Shown here: piece by piece, positions 26,947-45,187 of the stretch | How positions within the stretch are numbered: position 1 is the first letter of the stretch | Layout: every line of letters starts with the position of its first letter | Source of the DNA: Amoebidium appalachense | Taxonomy: Eukaryota; Protista; Ichthyosporea | Assembly: GCA_963693365.1 (NCBI GenBank) | Contig: CAVNZM010000002.1 | Span: forward strand, 9,831,059-9,895,058 | Reading direction: 5' to 3' | DNA: 64,000 nt | Notes under the pieces: model-generated | What the model was told of the DNA's origin: nothing | Database searches by the model: none | The model's input: only the letters and a program-made list of their open reading frames with translations | Position numbers and translations under genes: made by a program

Positions 26947-29900
26947 TCAGCACATGTTGAGCATCCCCACGGCCTTGGTGAAGAAAGAGGCAGACAGGGC
27001 CTTGGTGAACATGTCGGCCTTGTTGTCAGCAGAAGCCACCGGGACCACAGTGATGTTGCCCAGCAGGTGATGTTCCTTGACGGAGCAGTAGCGGACGTCG
27101 ATGTGCTTGGTCTTGGGCTTAACCCCCACGGTGTCCAGCAGGGCCCGGGCAGACTCATTGTCCCCATGGATGGGCACCGGGGTGGGCTCATCGATAGGAT
27201 TAAGGCCCAGGTCGTCCATCACATAGTTGAGCCAGAGGGCCTCGTTCGTAGCAGCAGACATGGCCACAAATTCAGCCTCAGTGGAGCTGTGGGTGGTGAT
27301 GGACTGGAGCCGAGACACCCAGGACACAGGGGAGGAGTTGATGAAGAAGACATAGCCCGTGGTGGAGCGCCGGGTGTCACGGTCCTCGGCGTAGTCGGAG
27401 TCGGAGTAGCCAACAAGGGTGGGGGGGCCGGGATGGTAGACAATACCCAGGTCGATGGTGGCCAGCAGATAGCTTACAACTCTGGTAGCCATAGTCCAGT
27501 GGGTGACGGTGGGCGCATGAATGTGTCGAGTAAGGACTCCCAGAGCCTGGGAAATGTCGGGGCGGGTGGTACGCGCAATCCACAGCAGGGCACCGACCAG
27601 GCTGGCATAGTCCTCCTTCTTGCTGTGGGCTGGGGTCTTGTTGCTTTCACTGGCCTGGCCCGGGACGATGGGGGTCTTGGTGCCGGACATGTGGGTGAGA
27701 CGAAAACGGGCAGCCAAGTCGATGATGTGTTGACGATGGCCCAGACGCAGAGACCCGTCCTCCAGCCAGGTAAGAGTGTGCCCGATGAGCAGGGTAGGAC
27801 GACCCAGGTCCTTGGCAGAGAAACGAGCATCCAGCTTGGTGAAAAAATCGTCGATGAGCGCATCAGTGGCGGCCGTCACGGTGAAGTCATCCACGTAGGC
27901 AGCAAGGGCAATAAACGTTGGGGTCCCGGCATTCTTGATGAACAGGCACGGGTCAGCAGCACTCACAATGAAGCCTTGGTCGAGGAGATGGTCACGGAGG
28001 GCCTCATACCACTGGCGCGGTGCCTGTTTTAGGCCGTAGAGCGCCTTGTGGAGCAAGCCGACAGCATGGGGGGCCGAGGGGTTGACGAAGCCAGGGGGCT
28101 GCTCAATGTAGATGGTCTCGTTGACGGTGCCGTTGAGGAATGCTGTGTTGACGTCGATGTGGCGCAGAGGCAGACCTTGGGCCACGGAGGTAGCCAAAAC
28201 CAGCCGGATGGTAGCCAGCGCAGCCACAGGTGACTCGGTGACGAAATAGTCCTGGCCAGGCTGCTGGTAGTTGCCAACCCGGGCCACAAGCCGGGCCTTG
28301 AAAGCAGTGACGTTGCCGACGTTGTCCTGCTTGACCGTAAAGACCCAGCCGACCGGAATGACAGTGGAGCCATCCTCTGGACGGGGCACAAGGGTGAAGG
28401 TGCCGTTGTCTTCCAGGGCCTTGAGCTCACGGTGTGCAGCCTCCTCCCATTTCAGACGCTGGGGACTCTTGAGTGCAGCCCGGACAGTCTTGGGGACAAC
28501 AATGGTGGAAGCCTTGATGGGTGTTGATGCAGGAGCCGTAGCCTGGGGGGCAAGGGGGGCCGTAGCAGCAGCCACGTTGGCAGTCGGGCCTCGACGTTGG
28601 TCGTTGTACACAGCGCCACTACGGGTCGTCCGGGGGAGCCGATGTGCAGGCTCGGGCAGGATCGGAATGTCAATTGATCACTCGGCGCTGTCCCATTGGC
28701 TGACAGACGAGACGAATCAGATTGCTGATCATTCCGGACGATGTGATTGGCTGGCTGATTTGACGAATCAGATGACTCCAAAAAATGATGAATTGCCGGT
28801 GCGGTCGACCAATCAGATAGGACATCACGGAGGGGGTGCAGAATAGCAGCCTCGTCGAACTGCACGTCACGGCTGACGGTCATCTTGTGTGCTGCTGGAA
28901 TCCAGACCTTGTAGCCCTTGATGTTAGGAGGGTAGCCCACGAAGATGCCCTTGACGGCACGAGGCGCCAGTTTCGGTGTATCCTGTTGATGGACGTAGCA
29001 GGGAGAGCCCCAGACACGGAGCCGGCTGTAGTCGGGAGGAATGCCGGTCCACAGCAGGGCGGGAGACGATTGCTGCCGGTGGCTCGCGACGGGAGCATGT
29101 TGCGTATAAAAGCCGCGGTCACAGCTGCCTCGGCCCAGAATCCCACCGGAAGGCCGGACTGCTGCAGGAGTGCCCGAACCATGTCGAGGAGGGTCCGGTT
29201 CAGTCGTTCGGCAGTCCCATTCTGTTGAGGAGAGCCGGTGGTAGTGATCTGATGGCGAATGCCGTGCTCACGGTTGTAGTCCCCGAAGGCCGTGCCCATG
29301 TACTCGCCCCCCCCGTCGGACTGAAACACCTGCATGGGAACACCGTGTTGGGTAACCGCCGCCTTGTGGTACGTCACATATGCAGCCAGTGTGTCCGACT
29401 TCTTGACGAGGGGCACGGCCGTGGTGTGGCCGGTGAATTCGTCGTGGAACGTCGCCAAGTACTGAGCACCACCGATCGCGGGAGGGAAGGGGCCGCTGAT
29501 GTCGCTGTGAACCTTGGCTAGGACCCGGGGAGCTTGGCTGGTTGATTCGGAGAAGGCAACACGGTGGGCTTTGCCGAGGGCACAGGGCTCACACACACCC
29601 GGAGACTTGGCACCGCCACCCACCAACAGGCCTGCAGACTTGATGACCGAGCGTACAGCGTCAATGCCAGCATGGCCCAGACGGTAGTGCCACGTGTTGA
29701 GGTCGGCAGTAACCTTGAGGATACGCGGAGCAGTGGTGGTTTGGGCGTCCGGGGTTGTGTCCGCGCGCAGAAGAGACACCGCCATGTGGTACAGCTTGGT
29801 GCCGACAGCCGAGCCGGTGGCCAGAATTTGATCGCCGTAGCACAACTTAACGCCGCCGCCGGTGTCAAAGCGGGGTAAAACGCCGTTGGTAGATGCCGGA

Positions 29901-29968
29901 ACACACTGATGAGAGTGTCGGGGATGGAGGGCACGAGAGTACACCGTCAGCTGATGCACCGCAGTAAC
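26947..29968 (-). pseudogene. Copia-2 outer pol (3' protease, integrase, RT, RNase H) with several small deletions
   Basis: Reverse complement of about 31873-34899; WHYRLGH, FQSDGGGEY, YVDD, YSDSD. Confidence 0.88.
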
Positions 29969-32900
29969 TGTTGGAGTACACTGGTACTCCCGGCTAGCAA
30001 TGTCTGTTCGAGAAAGTTTCTGAGCAATTGAATAATTGTTTCAACACTCACTCGAGTGCATAGAGTTTTTTGTTTACGGTCATATTCATATATGGTAGTT
30101 ATATGTTTGAGCCAAAACTGTACCAATGACGAGCTTCACTAGCAACGTGCTAATTGTGCTCATTAATTAATATTCCCGGTTCAGATGATGTCATGTCTAT
30201 ATTTGCCACAGGATTCTATTCTTAGAGTGGTAGTGTGCTTTATTCCCGGATATTCTCAGAATATTTTTAGTTGTGTGAAGTAAGATTTACGTTTAACTGC
30301 AATTGGTGTGTTAAACACGTTTATTTGTGTGCTTTAGTGCAAGTTAACTAGCCACTCAACGTGCACAGTTAACTTTTATATCTTTAACGACTTGTTTTCA
30401 TTGTGCTCTCTTTTCGGCCATGCTGTACATGGCCCACCACCAGGGTGCACACGAGGCCACCATGAGGTGGCCAACGACTATATAAAGCAGTGCCTCCCAT
30501 GTCACAAACATGGGAAGCAGAACGTTTGATTTACACTTTTCTACTGTCGTTTTCAGTGCACAAAACACATAGACTAGTTACCCATCATACACGACACTAT
30601 GTCTGACAACTTACAGTTGCAGCAACTAGTCCAACTACTGGAGCAGAGGTTGGCCTCACAAGATGCAATCATTTCTGACTTACAGAAGGAACAACGTGCA
30701 CTAGAACTAGCTTCTATGAACACAATGTCCAACAGGGTTATGGGCCCCTCACGTAATGATTCCATCAAGTTCAAGGTCGACATCCCTCTCTTCACTGGCA
30801 TTGATAATGATTCAGGCACGGACTACCACACATGGGCCGAAACCATGTATGTCCAGCTTTCTGGTGCTGGTCTTCTCCACACCATCGCGCCCAGTTCGGA
30901 GCACCCGGCTACCCGTGAACAGGTCGACACTGCCCGTTCCTACCTGTGGCAAGCACTCTCGGTTGACGTGCGTTGTATCCTAGGGTTAACACGCACCACC
31001 ACACCTGCGGAGATATGGTCGGCCCTATCTGCCCACTACCTGGAGCAATCTGAGGCCAATCAGTACGACCTTATCGGGCTGTACATGAATTCTACGCCTG
31101 AACCTACGGACACCGCGACGAAATACGCCATGAAGCTCCGCGGCTACGTGCGGCGCCTGGCCGATTACGGCACACAAATTGGTGATGCTCAAGTGCTGAC
31201 CAAGCTCACCAACGACCTCGGCAAGGTGCCTTACTACGAAATGCCTGTCATTGCCTACAAGATGACACCCAAGCCTACCGTGATGGGCCTCCTCCAACAG
31301 CTACGGGCATATGAGACCAGCCACCCACGTGCACGTGTGACTACCAGCTCCGGGCCGGCCGCCTTCACCACACGGGCTCCTCAACCTGTCATCTGCCACG
31401 GCTGCGGCAAACCAGGCCACATCAAGTCTCAGTGCCCCAACGGCAACGGCCAACACAGCAACTCTGGCAACAACCGTGCCAGCACCTACCCCAAGGGTTC
31501 CTGCGTCAACCACCCACTGTCTACCAGTCACACTACCGCCATGTGCAAGGGGGGCAACCGTGCCAACGGCCGCAAACCTAAGGGTGGTCCCCTCCCGCCT
31601 GGGTCCTGCATCAACCACCCTGCCTCTACTACCCACACTACGGCACAGTGCAAGGGGGGGCTGCCGCTCCCCGGGCTTTCCTCATGTCTAGCAACGACTG
31701 TGGCACCAACAAGGTGCTCCTCGACTCTGGAGCCACTGACCATGTGTGCCCCCGGCCCGATGTGTTCGTCAACATGCGTGCGGCGCCTTACTCCACGGTC
31801 CAAGTAGCCGACAAGGGTGCATGTGCAGTGCTTGGGGTGGGCGACGTGTTCTTTTCCAGCACCATCGACGGCGTTACTGCGGTGCATCAGCTGACGGATG
31901 TACTCTACGTGCCCTCCATCCCCGACACTCTCATCAGTGTGTTCACGGCATCTACCAACGGCGTTTTACCCCGCTTTGACACCCGCGGCGGCGTTAAGTT
32001 GTGCTACGGCGATCAAATTCTGGCCACCGGCTCGGCTGTCGGCACCAAGCTGTACCACATGGCGGTGTCTCTTCTGCGCGCGGACACAACCCCGGACGCC
32101 CAAACCACCACTGCTCCGCGTATCCTCAAGGTTACTGCCGACCTCAACACGTGGCACTACCGTCTGGGCCATGCTGGCATTGACGCTGTACGCTCGGTCA
32201 TCAAGTCTGCAGGCCTGTTGGTGGGTGGCGGTGCCAAGTCTCCGGGTGTGTGTGAGCCCTGTGCCCTCGGCAAAGCCCACCGTGTTGCCTTCTCCGAATC
32301 AACCAGCCAAGCTCCCCGGGTCCTAGCCAAGGTTCACAGCGACATCAGCGGCCCCTTCCCTCCCGCGATCGGTGGTGCTCAGTACTTGGCGACGTTCCAC
32401 GACGAATTCACCGGCCACACCACGGCCGTGCCCCTCGTCAAGAAGTCGGACACACTGGCTGCATATGTGACGTACCACAAGGCGGCGGTTACCCAACACG
32501 GTGTTCCCATGCAGGTGTTTCAGTCCGACGGGGGGGGGCGAGTACATGGGCACGGCCTTCGGGGACTACAACCGTGAGCACGGCATTCGCCATCAGATCA
32601 CTACCACCGGCTCTCCTCAACAGAATGGGACTGCCGAACGACTGAACCGGACCCTCCTCGACATGGTTCGGGCACTCCTGCAGCAGTCCGGCCTTCCGGT
32701 GGGATTCTGGGCCGAGGCAGCTGTGACCGCGGCTTTTATACGCAACATGCTCCCGTCGCGAGCCACCGGCAGCCAATCGTCTCCCGCCCTGCTGTGGACC
32801 GGCATTCCTCCCGACTACAGCCGGCTCCGTGTCTGGGGCTCTCCCTGCTACGTCCATCAACAGGATACACCGAAACTGGCGCCTCGTGCCGTCAAGGGCA

Positions 32901-35849
32901 TCTTCGTGGGCTACCCTCCTAACATCAAGGGCTACAAGGTCTGGATTCCAGCAGCACACAAGATGACCGTCAGCCGTGACGTGCAGTTCGACGAGGCTGC
33001 TATTCTGCACCCCCTCCGTGATGTCCCATCTGATTGGTCGACCGCACCGGCAATTCATCATTTTTTGGAGTCATCTGATTCGTCAAATCAGCCAGCCAAT
33101 CACATCGTCCGGAATGATCAGCAATCTGATTCGTCTCGTCTGTCAGCCAATGGGACAGCGCCGAGTGATCAATTGGACATTCCGATCCTGCCCGAGCCTG
33201 CACATCGGCTCCCCCGGACGACCCGTAGTGGCGCTGTGTACAACGACCAACGTCGAGGCCCGACTGCCAACGTGGCTGCTGCTACGGCCCCCCTTGCCCC
33301 CCAGGCTACGGCTCCTGCATCAACACCCATCAAGGCTTCCACCATTGTTGTCCCCAAGACTGTCCGGGCTGCACTCAAGAGTCCCCAGCGTCTGAAATGG
33401 GAGGAGGCTGCACACCGTGAGCTCAAGGCCCTGGAAGACAACGGCACCTTCACCCTTGTGCCCCGTCCAGAGGATGGCTCCACTGTCATTCCGGTCGGCT
33501 GGGTCTTTACGGTCAAGCAGGACAACGTCGGCAACGTCACTGCTTTCAAGGCCCGGCTTGTGGCCCGGGTGGCAACTACCAGCAGCCTGGCCAGGACTAT
33601 TTCGTCACCGAGTCACCTGTGGCTGCGCTGGCTACCATCCGGCTGGTTTTGGCTACCTCCGTGGCCCAAGGTCTGCCTCTGCGCCACATCGACGTCAACA
33701 CAGCATTCCTCAACGGCACCGTCAACGAGACCATCTACATTGAGCAGCCCCCTGGCTTCGTCAACCCCTCGGCCCCCCATGCTGTCGGCTTGCTCCACAA
33801 GGCGCTCTACGGCCTAAAACAGGCACCGCGCCAGTGGTATGAGGCCCTCCGTGACCATCTCCTCGACCAAGGCTTCATTGTGAGTGCTGCTGACCCGTGC
33901 CTGTTCATCAAGAATGCCGGGACCCCAACGTTTATTGCCCTTGCTGCCTACGTGGATGACTTCACCGTGACGGCCGCCACTGATGCGCTCATCGACGATT
34001 TTTTCACCAAGCTGGATGCTCGTTTCTCTGCCAAGGACCTGGGTCGTCCTACCCTGCTCATCGGGCACACTCTTACCTGGCTGGAGGACGGGTCTCTGCG
34101 TCTGGGCCATCGTCAACACATCATCGACTTGGCTGCCCGTTTTCGTCTCACCCACATGTCCGGCACCAAGACCCCCATCGTCCCGGGCCAGGCCAGTGAA
34201 AGCAACAAGACCCCAGCCCACAGCAAGAAGGAGGACTATGCCAGCCTGGTCGGTGCCCTGCTGTGGATTGCGCGTACCACCCGCCCCGACATTTCCCAGG
34301 CTCTGGGAGTCCTTACTCGACACATTCATGCGCCCACCGTCACCCACTGGACTATGGCTACCAGAGTTGTAAGCTACCTGCTGGCCACCATCGACCTGGG
34401 TATTGTCTACCGTCCCGGCCCCCCCACCCTTGTTGGCTACTCCGACTCCGACTACGCCGAGGACCGCGACACCCGGCGCTCCACCACGGGCTATGTCTTC
34501 TTCATCAACTCCTCCCCTGTGTCCTGGGTGTCTCGGCTCCAGTCCATCACCACCCACAGCTCCACTGAGGCTGAATTTGTGGCCATGTCTGCTGCTACGA
34601 ACGAGGCCCTCTGGCTCAACTATGTGATGGACGACCTGGGCCTTAATCCTATCGATGAGCCCACCCCGGTGCCCATCCATGGGGACAATGAGTCTGCCCG
34701 GGCCCTGCTGGACACCCTGGGGGTTAAGCCCAAGACCAAGCACATCGACGTCCGCTACTGCTCCGTCAAGGAACATCACCTGCTGGGCAACATCACTGTG
34801 GTCCCGGTGGCTTCTGCTGACAACAAGGCCGACATGTTCACCAAGGCCCTGTCTGCCTCTTTCTTCACCAAGGCCGTGGGGATGCTCAACATGTGCTGAG
34901 CACCCGTCATCAACCAACTGCGCCCTCATACTTCAAGGGGGGGAGAGAGTTGCATCCGACTGTGCAACTACGTGTACCATACTAAAATTGAGTAGGGGAA
35001 TCTTTATTGTCTGTATTTTGTGCACCTGAAGCACTCGAGCTCAGTTGCATTAATTCATACCACAATTATCCAATTGAGTAGGGGTGTTGGAGTACACTGG
35101 TACTCCCGGCTAGCAATGTCTGTTAGAGAAAGTTTCTGAGCAATTGAATAATTGTTTCAACACTCACTCGAGTGCATAGAGCTTTTGTTTACGGTCATAT
35201 TCATATATGGTAGTTATATGTTTGAGCCAAAACTGTACCAATGACGAGCTTCACTAGCAACGTGCTAATTGTGCTCATTAATTAATATTCCCGGTTCAGA
35301 TGATGTCATGTCTATATTTGCCACAGGATTCTATTCTTAGAGTGGTAGTGTGCTTTATTCCCGGATATTCTCAGAATATTTTTAGTTGTGTGAAGTAAGA
35401 TTTACGTTTAACTGCAATTGGTGTGTTAAACACGTTTATTTGTGTGCTTTAGTGCAAGTTAACTAGCCACTCAACGTGCACAGTTAACTTTTATATCTTT
35501 AACGACTTGTTTTCATTGTGCTCTCTTTTCGGCCATGCTGTACATGGCCCACCACCAGGGTGCACACGAGGCCACCATGAGGTGGCCAACGACTATATAA
35601 AGCAGTGCCTCCCATGTCACAAACATGGGAAGCAGAACGTTTGATTTACACTTTTCTACTGTCGTTTTCAGTGCACAAAACACATAGACTAGTTACCCAT
35701 CATACACGACACTATGTCTGACAACTTACAGTTGCAGCAACTAGTCCAACTACTGGAGCAGAGGTTGGCCTCACAAGATGCAATCATTTCTGACTTACAG
35801 AAGGAACAACGTGCACTAGAACTAGCTTCTATGAACACAATGTCCAACA
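29969..35849 (+). mobile_element. Copia family 2 inner full-length element
   Basis: LTR B 29969-30734, PBS GGGTTATGGGCCC 30735-30747, gag-pol, PPT TTGAGTAGGGG, LTR C 35085-35849. Confidence 0.95.
30599..34899 (+). CDS. Copia-2 gag-pol polyprotein (starts inside the LTR; frameshifts near 31655, 32535 and 33570)
   Basis: CHGCGKPGHIKSQC, LLDSGATDH, HSDISGP, QNGTAER, ALYGLKQAPRQW, YVDD, ADMFTKAL. Confidence 0.9.
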
Positions 35850-36995
35850 GGGTTATGGGCCCCTCACGTAATGATTTCATCAAGTTCAAGGTCGACATCC
35901 CTCTCTTCACTGGCATTGCTAATGATTCAGGCACGGACTACCACACATGGGCCGAAACCATGTATGTCCAGCTTTCTGGTGCTGGTCTTCTCCACACCAT
36001 CGCGCCCAGTACGGAGCACCCGGCTACCCGTGAACAGGTCGACACTGCCCGTTCCTACCTGTGGCAAGCACTCTCGGTTGACGTGCGTTGTATCCTAGGG
36101 TTAACACGCACCACCTGTCACCTGCGGAGATATGGTCGGCCCTATCTGCCCACTACCTGGAGCAATCTGAGGCCAATCAGTACGACCTTATCGGGCTGTA
36201 CATGAATTCTACGCCTGAACCTACGGACACCGCGACGAAATACGCCATGAAGCTCCGCGGCTACGTGCGGCGCCTGGCCGATTACGGCACACAAATTGGT
36301 GATGCTCAAGTGCTGACCAAGCTCACCAACGACCTCGGCAAGGTGCCTTACTACGAACTGCCTGTCATTGCCTACAAGATGACACCCAAGCCTACCGTGA
36401 TGGGCCTCCTCCAACAGCTACGGGCACATGAGACCAGCCACCCACGTGCACGTGTGACTACCAGCTCCGGGCCGGCCGCCTTCACCACACGGGCTCCTCA
36501 ACCTGTCATCTGCCACGGCTGCGGCAAACCAGGCCACATCAAGTCTCAGTGCCCCAACGGCAACGGCCAACACAGCAACTCTGGCAACAACCGTGCCAGC
36601 ACCTACCCCAAGGGTTCCTGCGTCAACCACCCACTGTCTACCAGTCACACTACCGCCATGTGCAAGGGGGGCAACCGTGCCAACGGCCGCAAACCTAAGG
36701 GTGGTCCCCTCCCGCCTGGGTCCTGCATCAACCACCCTGCCTCTACTACCCACACTACGGCACAGTGCAAGGGGGGGGCTGCCGCTCCCCGGGCTTTCCT
36801 CATGTCTAGCAACGACTGTGGCACCAACAAGGTGCTCCTCGACTCTGGAGCCACTGACCATGTGTGCCCCCGGCCCGATGTGTTCGTCAACATGCGTGCG
36901 GCGCCTTACTCCACGGTCCAAGTAGCCGACAAGGGTGCATGTGCAGTGCTTGGGGTGGGCGACGTGTTCTTTTCCAGCACCATCGACGGCGTTAC
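35714..36995 (+). pseudogene. Copia-2 gag plus 5' protease fragment ending at the GTTAC junction
   Basis: Copy of 30599-31877 with substitutions and a frameshift near 36115; abuts LTR D. Confidence 0.88.
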
Positions 36996-37760
36996 TGTTG
37001 GACATTGTGTTCATAGAAGCTAGTTCTAGTGCACGTTGTTCCTTCTGTAAGTCAGAAATGATTGCATCTTGTGAGGCCAACCTCTGCTCCAGTAGTTGGA
37101 CTAGTTGCTGCAACTGTAAGTTGTCAGACATAGTGTCGTGTATGATGGGTAACTAGTCTATGTGTTTTGTGCACTGAAAACGACAGTAGAAAAGTGTAAA
37201 TCAAACGTTCTGCTTCCCATGTTTGTGACATGGGAGGCACTGCTTTATATAGTCGTTGGCCACCTCATGGTGGCCTCGTGTGCACCCTGGTGGTGGGCCA
37301 TGTACAGCATGGCCGAAAAGAGAGCACAATGAAAACAAGTCGTTAAAGATATAAAAGTTAACTGTGCACGTTGAGTGGCTAGTTAACTTGCACTAAAGCA
37401 CACAAATAAACGTGTTTAACACACCAATTGCAGTTAAACGTAAATCTTACTTCACACAACTAAAAATATTCTGAGAATATCCGGGAATAAAGCACACTAC
37501 CACTCTAAGAATAGAATCCTGTGGCAAATATAGACATGACATCATCTGAACCGGGAATATTAATTAATGAGCACAATTAGGACGTTGCTAGTGAAGCTCG
37601 TCATTGGTACAGTTTTGGCTCAAAAATATAACTACCATATATGAATATGACCGTAAACAAAAGCTCTATGCACTCGAGTGAGTGTTGAAACAATTATTCA
37701 ATTGCTCAGAAACTTTCTCTAACAGACATTGCTAGCCGGGAGTACCAGTGTACTCCAACA
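36996..37760 (-). repeat. Copia-2 LTR D (765 bp)
   Basis: Inverted relative to LTRs B and C; followed by TSD GTGGG. Confidence 0.95.
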
Positions 37761-38729
37761 GTGGGGTGGAGGAGAGGTCCCTTGATTCGCGGCGCGCCGA
37801 GGCCTTCAATGTGCTAGTGTTCAGCGAGATCGGCTACTCCATCACCACGCGGTTCCTTAAGGCGTCCACGTTCCACACGCGCACCTTATTTGGCAACAAG
37901 TGGTGCTATGTGGCCGTGGCCATCACGGCCGGGCTGCAGCTGTTCCTCACGTACACCCCCCACGTCAACTCGTTCTTCTCCATGACCGGGCTGGACGGCA
38001 TGCAGTGGGCGCGTGTGCTGTGCAGCATGGTGGGCGTGTATGCGATTGTGGAGATCGAGAAGGTTCTGGTAGATCCCGTGCTCATGCCCATGGTCCGCCC
38101 GATCCTCAACGCGATTGGTCGCCATACACCCGACTATCTGGACGACCACCAGGCAGATAAGGAGAAGGAGCAGTAGATTTGACGAGCTAGGAGCAGTAGA
38201 TTTGACGACGAAAAGAGATTGTGTAATTTTAAAGTTACATTTTAATTAGGACGTTTTTGGTTTTACGAATTGGTTGGATGTATGGCTTGTGTTTTTTTTA
38301 ACGGCCGAGAGCAGGACCCAGATTTGTGCTGCAGCCTATGTGCACATTGTACTCGATAAGGAGAAGGAGCAGTAGATTTGACGACAGAGAGATTTTTAGT
38401 GTAGTTTTAAATTTCAAAATAGCAAATAGGATGAGAGTGCCGAGTAACCATGGGCCGCCAATAACTAATTTTTGCAAAGTAATCACATGTTGCTTCATAA
38501 TTTCTACCTTCGGCTCAGCGGCGAGAGCGGATGGAGATGTTGTGCTGCGGCTAATACGCCTCTTGGAATCGAATGGCATGAACGTTAGTTATAAAACGAA
38601 ATAGTTGTATCATAGTGATAAAAGGTTAAGATAAAGTTGAATTTGTAATCGAAGTGAGAGCCTGATTAAATTTAATTTCACTGAAGATAACGAGGTTCCC
38701 TGGAAGACACCTTGTTCAGATTGGTCCTG

Positions 38730-44320
<5,591 letters not shown>

Positions 44321-45187
44321 TAGGCACCGTAGCAAGCACCCACATAGATGGGCCACGGTCACTTGCTGTAGCCCAACAGTATTACTAAAGCTAATAAGTA
44401 AGAGCCAATTCTACTATACTAATATACTTAATTGGGAGGTTTTAACTGTTAATAAAGCTAACAGGTAAACTATAGTTTGTATTAACAGTAAGGGGAAAAA
44501 GTCCGGCCTAGATGTTTCTGAATCTGACTCCTTATCAATTCGATGTCGACACGACATGTCGACACCAAACCGTAGTGATGGGATCACCTTCAGTTCCCAG
44601 ACAGAACACGATAGAAGCCTTCGTTTCCCAGACAGATTCTGAACACGATAGAAGAAAGTTGGATCAATTGGAGCCAAAAATGCATTCCACACACACAGGG
44701 ACGTGACACGCACACAAACCACGCAAGACACAAGCACACACGTACAAGATACAGAATACAAGCACTAACGTAGGGACAGAGAGAGAGGGGTGTGTGTGTG
44801 TGTGTGGAAGCACAGAGGTCGAAAGACACACACAGGCAACACAATTCGATTTTTTTCTGAACCCGTACACTTGCACACACCTGTAAAACAGGACCGAGTT
44901 GCTTAGTTGGTTCTGACACCATATGTTACAACATAAATGCTTTTAGAACACACCGAGTCTAAAGGCTGCTTTGTGGTAGCACAACACAACTGCAAGAAAA
45001 AGTCTTACTTCGGAAAAAACCTGGTAATATCGAAAAGAAGTTTTCTGGGCCAGAAACATTCACACAACTCAAAAGAATTGTGTTTCGGTTTCATAGCTTA
45101 TTAGAGAAAAGGATTAACTGATTTTTTCATACCGTAGTGGTAGTACTTTTTTGCCCGTATACATTTCAGATTTCAGGACATAAAAAC

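Larger units (their letters stand above)
25990..37760 (-). mobile_element. Copia family 2 outer element, split and rearranged (four-LTR composite)
   Basis: TSD GTGGG at 25985-25989 and 37761-37765; minus-strand LTRs at 25990-26760 and 36996-37760; PR-IN-RT-RH part at 26761-29968 (-); gag-PR part at 35850-36995 (+). Confidence 0.93.
23421..38176 (+). pseudogene. P2-type ATPase copy 2, disrupted (23421-25989 joined to 37766-38176)
   Basis: In-frame TAG at 23682-23684; DLPR, ATTGDGVND and DDNIAT in place of the usual DPPR, AMTGDGVND and DDNFAT; 11.8-kb copia insertion. Removing the insertion and one TSD restores ...MFYWGG-VEERSLDSRRAEAFN... in frame. Confidence 0.92.

Noticed and set aside
26917-28032. 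371-aa antisense ORF over copia RT (also 33814-34929)
   Set aside because: Shadow ORF of a GC-rich coding strand; present twice only because the element is duplicated.
31653-33575. Programmed gag-pol frameshifts in copia-2
   Set aside because: The sister copy is in frame at each site, and two of the three lie in G runs.
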